A DNA stretch of 64,000 bases, taken from NCBI RefSeq assembly GCF_006345805.1, contig NC_043018.1, forward strand, positions 14,508,001 through 14,572,000, given 5' to 3'. The notes beneath the pieces were generated by a model. It had not been told where the DNA came from. It saw only the letters and a list, made by a program, of their open reading frames with translations, and searched no databases. The translations under genes were made by a program, and so were the position numbers. The DNA comes from Octopus sinensis. Its lineage: Eukaryota. This document shows positions 48,840 to 60,700 of the stretch, one piece after another (the stretch's first letter is position 1; each line of letters starts with the position of its first letter).

Positions 48840-51800
48840 ATGCTGGTGTTGCCTGACTGGCCCCCGTGCCAGTAGCACGTAAAAAGCACCCACTACACTC
48901 AGAGTGGTTGGCATTAGGAAGGGCATCCAGCTATAGAAATCTTGCCAAATAGATTGGTGCCTGGTACGACCTCCCAGCTTGCCAGTCCTCAGTCAAACTG
49001 TCCAACCCATGCCAGCATTTGTGATGCTCAGTTGTGAAGAATTCTTATTTTTAAAAAACTGTTTCTCTTCACTTTTAGGAAGTAGTCTTCGATTTGTGGG
49101 TTAAGTACCTGACCAAGGTCAAAGTTGCATTCCATAACAATACCCAGGAAGAGAAGCCTTTCATTATAAAATTTCCAACAAGATCTCGGTAAGTGCTAAA
49201 TAAAATTATAAATTTTGAAACTTAATTTACTAATTAAACGAAAGAGACGAAAGATTTTCCAGTATTTTCATCTATATTTCAATTGGTTTGAATAACTGAC
49301 AGCCATCGGAATGTGCTCTGAAGCCAGTAAACTGGCCAAGTCCTTAGAACATCTGATATAATGCCTCTTAGTATTTGTTCTGGTTCTCTGTTCAAACCCC
49401 ATCAGGGTCAACTTTATCTTTTATATTATTTTGGGTTGAGAGAAAAGTGCCAATGCTTCTGGTATTTGTTTCAGCATTCTGCATTCAAATCCCATTATGA
49501 CCTACTTGGTTGGTAAACTTAATCCATAACCTGGTTCAAAACCATCACCTGGCATTTTGGGTACTTTTAGCAGGTTCCAATCGGTTTTAAGCATTTAGTT
49601 TAGATCTCTTGTTCGAGGCTGCCTTTCTTCCTCCACCACTTTCAGACAAATCTTATTTCTGGATATGTACATCATACCAGACAGGATTTGAACAAGGAAC
49701 CTTTATTAGATTTGTGACATACCTTTCCTCTAGACCTCTGTTATTAACCCTTTCGTTACCGTATTTATTTTGAGATGCTCAGTGTTTCTTTCAATTAATT
49801 TTAAATATAACAAAGAATTTAGTAAAATAACTTGGTTATCATTCAGCTAGTGTTAGGAACATAAATTGTGACTAAGGTTTGGTGGAAGATTTTAATTCAA
49901 AACTTATTAAAATAAGACATTTGTACTACAGAACCAGAGCCGGTTTCAGGCGGTTTAGTATCAAAAGGGTTTAACTTCTTGCTGCAGACCATACACTCAA
50001 GAAAGGGAATGTCAATATAGCAGCTATGTCTGCCTCTATAAACTCCCTAGTGTATGTCATACAGTCAAGAAAGGAAACCTTATCGTATCCAGCCAAGCTG
50101 CCTCATGTAATGTACAAATCTTCTTCAAATAACTTCCTAACACAGAAAGCATCTTCTTTTTTCCTCGAGATATCCGGTGCATTGTTGTACTCAAGAAGAT
50201 CCCATCTGCCACAGCGGAATTGATACAAGTGCTGATGCCACATAAAAAGCAATTGTGCTGGTTCCAATAACAGAATGTGTCATGTAAAATGCACCCAGTC
50301 CACTCTGTAAAGTGGTTGGCATTAGGAAGGGTACCCAGCCATCGAAACCATACCAAAACAGACAATTGGAATCTGGTCAGCTCTCTGGTTGGCCAGCTCC
50401 TGTCAAACTGTCCAGCCCATGCCAGCATGGCAAATGGATGTCAAACGATGATGATAATGATGGTGATGATATGTATTCTTTTTTTTGTTCTTTTGCAGTT
50501 TCAGCTCAGAGCTGCGGCCATGCTGGGGCACCGTCGTTTGATATATAACCCATTGTGCAAACTTTTACAATTTCAGAGATGTGGTACAGACCAAAGGTGG
50601 ATCACCGGTTGTGAAGCACATGTCTCAAAGCAAGGAGACCCCTGAGTCTTCACAAAGGTTCTGTTCTCACCGGTTCACCAAAAGTACATACAGCAATATT
50701 GAGCGGATGTCTATGGCGAAAACTATTGCTTTCTGTTACGTGGGCCTTCTCTATACCAACGATCTCACAATGCCCTCTGATATTGTCAGGTTAGTTTGTC
50801 TTTTGAATTTCTTTTTTACCTTCTGAATATGAAAGAGAAAATGGAAAGAACATTGTTGTTATTGTTACTGCTGTTGTTTTTGTTGTTGCTGCTTGTTTGT
50901 TGGTTTGTTTGTTGAGCAAAGCAGTCTTCATCCCAGAACTCGCAAGTAGTGAGAGAAGTCCGAAACGTGGTCCTTTGCTATTCGTAAGACCCGCAGAAGA
51001 GAAATCAGGTCAACCCCCGACACCGAGAGCATCGACGGATGGATAAATGCGCATCTAGGCTCAGCGGTTACGTAGGAAGTCGGGGACAAGAAACAGGAAG
51101 AAAGAGTGAGAGAAAGTTGGAGCAAGAGAGTACAACAGGGGTCGCCACCACTCCCTGCCGGAGCCTCATGGAGCATTAGGTGTTTTCGCTTCGCTCAATA
51201 AACACACAATGCCTGGTCTGGGAATTGAAACCGCGATCCTCCGACCGCAAGTTTGCTGCCCTAACCACTGGGCCATTGCGCCTCCTGCTGCTGTTGTATA
51301 ACTGCACGGTCAGAACTGTTGGAGTAGATCTACGGTTAAAGACATTCCTGTCATCACCATCCTCTCTTTGTATGTAAAGGCAGTTATGAACTTATATGTA
51401 TGTTTCAAAGTATGTAGATATTTTAATGGGTAACTGATGACGAGTGTTCTTTGTTTTTATATAGTATGTTTTTGTCTTTTTATTGTTGTTGCCTTCCCCA
51501 GAAATTCAATGTTAGTTCTACTTTGATGTGAGGACTTTAGTTTGGGACTTCATAGCAGATGTGAGATATCATCATCATCATCATCATAACTTCAACTTTT
51601 CCATGCTCGTATGGCTTGGACAGAGTTTACTGAGGCAGGTTTTCTCCTGCTGAATGGCCTTCCTGTTGCTAATCCTCACCTGTTTCCAAACCAGGTAATA
51701 TTTCCCAGTGGCTTGAACACGTTCCTGTAGAATATTGGAAATGAATGACACTGCTTGTGTGACAGGGACAATCATTTACGACTATCATATGATGTGAAGA

Positions 51801-54658
51801 TGAAGCGACACAGACCCCTACCCCCCAAGCTTTGCCTTCCATCCAGAATTATACTTGCCAGACTTTGGTTTTGGAATGCCAATATGTTAGAGACTGTATC
51901 TTTTGAAACGTTCAATGATTCAGTTGTTTTAAATTACTGAAGCCACAGCCACCCACACTCTTGTCCTCTTTGGAAATGATATTAGTCATACGTTTTAACT
52001 TATTCAAAGATGAATAACTGCAGAGAGAGGGAGAGAGCGAGCTATTCAATTACCTAGCTACTGCTACAAATTCACCAGGGGGAATAATCACTCTCTTCAA
52101 TATTAATATCTTTCATCAGATCTTATTTTCTTTTTGCTGTTAATCCTTTTGATACTAACCTGTATACTCTTTTACTCTTTTACTTGTTTCAATCATTTGA
52201 CTGCGGCCATGCTGGAGCACCGCCTTTTAGTCGAGCAAATCGACCCTGGGACTTATTCTTTGTAAGCCCAGTACTCATTCTATTGGTCTCTTTTGCCGAA
52301 CCGCTAAGTAACGGGGACGTAAACACACCAGCATTGGTTGTCAAGCAATGCTAGGGGGACAAACACAGACATACAAACATATACACACACACATATATAT
52401 ATATACATATATACGACAGGCTTCTTTCAGTTTCCGTCTACCAAATCCACTCACAAGGCATTGGTCGGCCCGGGGCTATAGCAGAAGACACTTGCCCAAG
52501 ATGACACGCAGTGGGACCGAACCCGGAACCATGTGGTTGGTTAGCAAGCTACTTACCACACAGCCACTCCTGCGCCTATGAGACTGATTTTGATTTTTTT
52601 CATTACAAACTTTGTGTTTAAAAATTATTTCAATTGAAACTTGCACTTAAAATGTCATGTTGATAAATTACCAATGTTTTATCTTAGGTGGATTCAGAAT
52701 GGTAAAGTTCCTTACTTACACGTGTCTTCTCAGTTTCCTGAAAGATTCAAGTTTTTTGCAGAAGACACTGTCACTTTTAACCCTCCTGTGAGTATCACTG
52801 TCATCCCTTTTGTTACCCTATTTCTGTTGAGATGCTCTGTGTTTCTTTCAGTTACTTTAAATATAACAAAGAATTTAGTATAATAACTTCATTATCATTC
52901 AGCTAGTGTTAGGAACATAAATTGCGACTAAGGTTTTGGTGGAAGATTTTAATTCAGAACTTATGAAAACAAGACATTTGTACTACAGAGCCAGAGGTGG
53001 TTTCAGCCGGGTTGGTATCAAAAGGGTTAAGAATTGTTTCTCTATTATATATTATAACCATTTTGTTACCATATTGCTGTGTTTCTTTCAGTTACTTTAA
53101 ATATAACAAAGAATTTAGTAAAATAACTTCGTTATCATTCAGCTAGTGTTAGGAACATAAATTGCGACTAAGGTTTTGGTGGAAGATTTTAATTCAGAAC
53201 TTATGAAAACAAGACATTTGTACTACAGAGCCAGAGGTGGTTTCAGCCGGGTTGGTATCAAAAGGGTTAAGAATTGTTTCTCTATTATATATTATAACCA
53301 TTTTGTTACCATATTGCTGTGTTTCTTTCAGTTACTTTAAATATAACAAAGAATTTAGTATAATAACTTCATTATCATTCAGCTAGTGTTAGGAACATAA
53401 ATTGCGACTAAGGTTTTGGTGGAAGATTTTAATTCAGAACTTATGAAAACAAGACATTTGTACTACAGAGCCAGAGGTGGTTTCAGCCGGGTTGGTATCA
53501 AAAGGGTTAAGAATTGTTTCTCTATTATATATTATAACCATTTTGTTACCATATTGCTGTGTTTCTTTCAGTTACTTTAAATATAACAAAGAATTTACTA
53601 AAATAACTTCGTTATCATTAAGCTAGTGTTAGGAACATAAATTGTGACTAAGGTTTGGTGGAAGATTTTAATTCAGAACTTATGAAAACAAAACATTTGT
53701 ATTCAGAGCCAGAGCCGGTTTCAGCCAGGTTGGTAATGAAAGGGTTAATCTTTGAGTGAATGTTGCTTTTAACCTTCTACTCTGTGTTGTTGTCTAGTCC
53801 CTTATCAGCACTGATTCATTAAACTTATGATTGAAGACACTCCAGCTAGGACAATCCCAACTGTTATTCTGATGTAGTTTATTTCAGGCTGGATAAAAAG
53901 TGAATCATTAGCACCTTGGGCCAAAAGCATTTCGTTGGTCTTTACATTCTGAGTGCTGGTTTGTGGTCGTACCAATTTTTTTTGACAGAGAAAGGTTACT
54001 ATATCTAGCCATCAGTGTTCTAACTCCTTGTCAGTCTGGAAGTCAAAGTCCCAGAGGATCTTTGCCTTCCCCTTTTCGTCCATTACCTTTTCCAGTGTAT
54101 GTTGGTACCAAGCGCCTGTTCCCTTGTATCCATACTTCCGGCATAGTAGCCAGTGAAGGTTTTGGACTACCTTGTTGAGTCTGCACTAGTATTCTTTCTG
54201 CACAAGGTTTTCACAAGCACTGCCAATGTGAGCCATGCTTTCAACCTTCTTCCCATACGTTCTGCAGAGGTTCGTTGCACTTGTGTCGTATATATCCCTT
54301 TTCACTCAGTTGGTGTTCAATGCCTGGTCTTGGGCAGCAATGATTAGGTTTTCAGTCTTCTGAGCTCAGATGCTTCCTGTTTTATTATTAACTTGTTACT
54401 TTCACAGTGGAACTGACCATGTAATTATTATGATTAATATTAAGATGGTGAACTGGCAGAATCATTAGAATGCTGGGCAAAATGCTTAGCAGCATTTCGT
54501 CCATCTCTATGTTCTGGATTCAGATTCTGTTAGAGGTTGACTTGGCCTTTCATCCTTTTGGGGGTTGATGAAATAAGTACCAGTTATGCACTGGGGTTGA
54601 TCTAATCGACTTGCTCTCTCCCACCAAAGTTTCAGATCTGGTGCCTATAGTAGAAAGG

Positions 54659-54703
<45 letters not shown>

Positions 54704-57700
54704 ATAGAAAGGATTGAGGTAACTCCTCCTGAAGATATAGAGTCAAAATTAAAAGAAGAGTGCCATTGTTATCTAGTGAATGATATTTTGACATCTGGCA
54801 CCTGTGTCGGTGGCACATAAAAAGCACCCACTACACTCACGGAGTGGTTGGCGTTAGGAAGGGTATCCAGCTGTAGAAACATCGCCAGATCTGACTGGCC
54901 TGGTGCAGCCTTCTGGCTTCCCAGACCCCAGTTGAACCGTCCAACCCATGCTAGCATGGAAAATGGACGTTAAATGATGATGATGATGATGATGATGTGT
55001 GTCTTCAACTGGTTGAAAAAATAAATCTGTCAATCTACTTCATTTAGATTGATATTATTATTATTATTATTATAGATGTCGCACAGTATACAATATCGTG
55101 ATGTTGTTGATTGAAGATATTGTGTCTGCCGATGGGGTTTGTAATGTTTATCAAGTCACAACAAGGACTTCAGACTGACAGTACTTTACGCAATATGCGT
55201 GCAGTTCGAAGTAATGCTGACTTTTGCAATACACCTAGATTGTAACGTATTTCTAAGGTTTTCAGATGTCTTTTCGGGTTGGGTGGTATCGAACCCAATG
55301 CTCTGATGACAATAGGGATAACTTTTATGTTCGACTCTCGTAGCTGCCATATCTTAGCAATCTCCACCCTCAGGTCTCCATATTTATCAACCTCTTCTCT
55401 TTCTTTCTAGAATATTCCAAGCACAAAAAGAATTCGTTTGTTGTGTGGTCGGCTGATTTACTTTTTGAAACTTAGTGATATTCCAAGGATACCAGTTTTG
55501 AAATTAGTCCACAAATGCATTTGTCGGTTACATTTGCCAGGTGCGTATATTTCATAACAATTATAAGGATTTATTTTTTTTGCTGCACACAGGGTAAAAC
55601 AGAAGGGTTTTATGCATGGAAAACAAAAGAAATGCAAAACGGAATGAAATGAAATGAAACAGTCGAATACAGGGAACTACTGATATCTGACCCTTTATTT
55701 TTTAATCTTTTAAGGAGAAAAAAAAGGTACCAGTCCAGGACAGTGGATTGGCAAAATTAGTAGAGCATCTGTAAAGCTGCCTTTGACTATTTGTTCTGGT
55801 TCTCTGCAGTCTGACTGCAAATGCCTTGCAGTATCACTGGTACCAAGCTGCATCAACTCTGCCTTACTGTTGGGGGAAAAATTACTCGTGTCAAGATTTG
55901 CCTGAATGCACAACTGCTAGTGTTTCTGTGTGGTAAGTAGCTTGCTTACCAGCCACATGGTCCCGGGTTCAGTCCCACTGCGTGGCATCTTGGGCAAGTG
56001 TCTTCTACTATAGCCTTGGGCCGACCAAAGCTTTGTGAGTGGATTTGGTAGATGGAAACTGAAAGAAGCCCATCGTATATATGTATATATATGTGCGTAT
56101 GTATGTCTTTGTTTGACCCCCCCCCCAGCATTGCTTGACAACCGATACTGGTGTGTTTATGTCCCTGTGACTTAGTGGTTCGGCAAAAGAGACCGATGGA
56201 AAAAGTACTAGGCTTACAAAGAATAAGTCCCGGGGTTGATTTGCTCGACTAAAGGCGGTGCTCCAGCATGGCCACAGTCAAATGACTGAAACAAGTAAAA
56301 GAGTAAAGAGAGAGAGAGACAGAGTAAAAGAGTAGGCCTTCACTTTGGAAAGGAATTTTTCAGGTGTAATTATGAGGTCAGCCTTCTGAAGACTTAAAAT
56401 GTTGCTGCTGTTTCCATTCTTGTTTTTTGATAAAACTTCAATGACTGCCTGCTTCTTGTTGTTCGTCTCCTTCCCCCACCCCATCTCTCTTATCTTTCCT
56501 ACTTTCATTACAGGACATTTTCATGGTTTGGCTGGGAATATAATCTCTCAAAGGACACAATTTTTCCGGATTAATCACAAATCTTTGCAATCTTTACCTC
56601 CAATGGAACTCTTTGCAATGGCTTATGTGATTATCCTTATAAAAATCTTATTTCGTCTCGATGGAATCAACGAAAGGTAAGTGTCTTTAAAAGAATTTAT
56701 TTTTTGTTTTTTTCAATAATAATAATAATGTGTCGATGTGTTTGGATGCATGTCTTGCAAGCGTGTGTATAGATTTCTGTATTACCCCATTTGCACCCGT
56801 GTCTTTTTTCTTTTCCTATTTTTCAGTCATCAGGTTACAGGGTGGAGACAGAAGGTGTTATAACTCCAGTCACATTTACTGTTGAGGCTCGGTCTATTTT
56901 CTATTATGTGTGTGACTTCCATAATCTCTGGGTGTTGTGTCTCAATTCCCCATCTTCTATTTTAGCACTGCTGAGCTTTTCTCCTCATATTACTGCCAGT
57001 GTCCACTTACCCTCTCTCCTATCCTATGAACTGTCTCTCTAATGTGCATTGTTCTCTTCTTTCCACACTGTCCCTCTGTTCACCTTACTCTATAGCAGTG
57101 CTTTTCAAACTTTTTGCTGGAGCGGAACCCCAAGGAAACATTCCACTGGCTCGAGGAACCCCTGTGCAATAATTTAATAGTCTTATGCACACATATCTGC
57201 ACAGGAGACTTAAAAATTACTGCCGATTTTAGCAGTTTTGTAACTTCTTGTGGAATCCCTGGACTGTACTGGCGGAACCCTAAGGTTCCGCGGAACCCTG
57301 ATTGAAAACCACTGCTCTATAGACTGCATTCTTAATTTTGCAGTTTACCTTTGGGATATACTCTATACACTAATTCTCTTCCGTTGTTCATCATTATCAT
57401 TACTTTTTACGTCCAACTTTTTTCCATGCTGGCATCGGTCAAGTGAAACTCTACAAAGGCAGATTCTGTGTGGCCTCATGCTCTTACTGTTGTCGGTCCT
57501 TCTTGTTTTCCAACTAAGGCATTTTTTCATTCCACCACAAGTCTGCTGTACTCTGGAACATTTGTTTACTGGAGAGAGAATAAACAATATCGGTCTTTCA
57601 CTTAAATGGTGCTAATGATGATGTGCTAGATTCCCCCTCTCTCTCTCTCACCTATGTAAAGAAGCTAAAAGATGAGTGTTTTCATTGGGGTCTCCAATCC

Positions 57701-60700
57701 TTTCATTATCACCCTGTGACCACCACAAGGAAGAAGGGTTCTGACTTTCAGACTGTTGAATAATTGCTTATTTTCTTTTTTTTTCTCACATCAAATTTAG
57801 GAAAGTGTCCAGTTTTGCTGCAGAATATGCCAAACTAGTAGAAGGTAAGGGTTTTGAAATACTTAAAATGTCTCGAAGGTTAACTTCAGTTTTAGAGCTA
57901 CAATACAATGTGTGTGTGTGTGTGTGTGCACGTGCATGTGTACAGAGAGAGGGAGAAAGAGAGAGAGAGGAAATTTGAAAGTTTTTGGTATTATTCATTA
58001 ATAGTGGTGAATAAATAATGCCAGAAAATTTCCTATTTTATTGCAAATAATATTTCCATAATTCTTAATTTTGATATGTATTTTACACTAACTTACAACA
58101 GCAACTGAGTCTACATGTTGGATTACAATAGTGGAATAAGCAGATGTGCTTCATAAGGAAACAGCTGGGAGTTACCCTAACTTCCTTCAATAAATATATG
58201 TATATATAGGCGTTGGAGTGGCTGTGTGGTAAGTAGCTTGCTTACCAACCACATGGTTCTGGGTTCAGTCCCACTGCGTGGCACCTTGGGCAAGTGTCTT
58301 CTACTATAGCCTTGGGCTGACCAATGCCTTGTGGGTGGATTTGGTAAATGGAAACTGAAAGAAACAACCCGTCATATATATATATGTGTGTGTGTGTGTG
58401 TGTTTGTCTCCCCGACGTCGCTTGACAACCGATGCTGGTGTGTTTACATCCTTGTAACTTAGCGGTTCAGCAAAAGAGACCGATAGAATAAGTACTAGGC
58501 TTACTAAGAATAAGGGCTGTAACTAAAAATTACCAGGTATCTGGTCCATTTCTCTTATGATTTTGTAAATGTAAATATTGAAAAGCACTGAAAGAGGTGG
58601 TTAATAGCTTAATTATAATTGTAACTCATTATAATTGTAACTCATTACAAATACGTGGGTTTGCCTCTGGTGAATTTACTATTAAGGGGAGAGAATTACT
58701 TCTAGGTGGAATGAAAGACCATATTTATTTAATTTTTAATTAATTACTTTTAGGTTAAACTAAATAACGTGCATATTTAACTTTATTTTTTTTTCTCTTA
58801 CATAAAATAAAGTTCTTAAAGTTCCCAAATTAAAAAGCACCGCCTGGTTTCTAGATGCCTTTTGTAGAGTTCGCTTTGTTGTAAATACTTTGACCTCTGG
58901 TTGCGACTACCATTCTCCTACCTGTTTCAGAGTCACAGGTATTGTTCTTCCTCCTGACCTGAAAATAAAAACTTGGAAAAGAAAGTGCTTAGTAGAGGTA
59001 TTAAAACAATTGATGGATTAAGTCTACCATCCTGCTTGAAATAGAAGCCAAATTCTCCTCAAATGACACCACAACATCTTACAAAATCAAGGAACACATT
59101 TTTTAAAAAATAAGGTTGTAGTTACAGTAATTCTGAGAAAAAGATGAGATAATACAAAACATCCAATCTTTTTTGTTGTAATTACTGTATCTGCAACCTT
59201 ATTCATATAATATCAGGGTAGACCCATTTCTTTACTACCCACAAGGGGCTAAACATAGAGGGGACAAACAAGGACAGACAAACGGATTAAGTCGATTATA
59301 TCGACCCCAGTGCATAACTGGTACTTAATTTATCGACCCCGTAAGGATGGAAGGCAAAGTTGACCTCGGCGGAATTTGAACTCAGAACGTAACAGCAGAT
59401 GAAATATGGCTATGCATTTCGCCCAGCGTGCTAACGTTTCTGCCAGCTCGCCGCCTTAAATCAGGGTAGACCCAGGAAGATGTGGGATGAAGTGGTGAGA
59501 AAGGATCTTCAGATGCTGGGCCTCGCTGAGGAAATGACAAGGGACCGGGAGATGAGGGGATTTGCTTTACTTGATAAGACCCATCAAGCTAAATAAAATT
59601 GCTGTCTTCCACACATACAGGTATGTCCTTCAGGTGCTGGGGCCACTGAAAAAGCACCTGTACCAGTGCTTTGTAAAAGCACCTGTGTCGGTGGTACATA
59701 AAGTGTACTCAGCACACTCTCTTATGGGGTTGGCATTAGGAAGGGCATCTAGCTGTAGAAACCATGCCACAACAGACAGTTGGAGTCAGGACAGCTCTCT
59801 GCTGGCCAGCTCCATGTCAAACCATCCAACCCATGACAGCATGGAAAGCAGACGTTAAACGATGATGATGATCAGGTCTGACTTGGTGTTAAACAATCAA
59901 CACCCCACATTGCACACACGCCCACCCTCACTCTTGACATCTAATGTTCTGTTTTCTTTTTAGAGACGTTTAAACTTGTTTTCACATTTTCAGATGATAA
60001 TATATTCATTTGGGAAAACTGGGCGAATCACCTGACTGCAGTTGCAAACAATTTAAAACTGCAACAAGAAACCCACAAACCATGGTAACGGAACTTATTT
60101 CACTCAGTTTTCTTCTGTGTATCGTCTTAACTCCTCCTCCAGTCTTCTTAATGTTTTCTTTTCCATCTCTTTCTGCTTTTCTCCTCTCTGCGCCAGATTT
60201 GTTCTGGATTCAAATATCCACTTTGTTCTTTCGTCTTTTGCAGTTGTTGATAAAAAAAAAATATTACCAATCTAGGGTAAGATCAATTGGTGGAACTGAG
60301 AGCTTTGGATGGGATGCCTGTAGTGTCTGTTCCATTCTGTGCATTCTTTGACTACAAGTCTCACCTCCTATCGCTAGAAATCAATAATAAGACTTCTGTA
60401 AAAGTTACAACCAACTCTTAACAATTAAATGGTCTGCATTGATATGATAACGATGCTTAAAAGACCCGTGGTTAATCAGTCTTGATGTTAAAAGGTGAAA
60501 TTTGTTTTGTGTGTCAATTCAATGAACTGGAACAAACAGTGGCATATTTTATTGTTGTCCTTGGTCAATCCTGACCACTCCACTTATGACCATTCTGTAA
60601 AATTTTATTACTCAAGTGACTACATTGTCCAGTGAGATTTTTTTTTTTAATAAATAATCAGGTATGATTTGAGATGTAAAATTTATTTGACTACTTTTCC

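Noticed and set aside
58931-58997. Possible extra TAF1B exon (VTGIVLPPDLKIKTWKRKCLVE)
   Set aside because: It is not needed: exon 10 (phase 1) joins 59994 directly. From the 58931 acceptor the phase-1 frame hits a stop, and from 58939 it exits in phase 0, breaking the frame.
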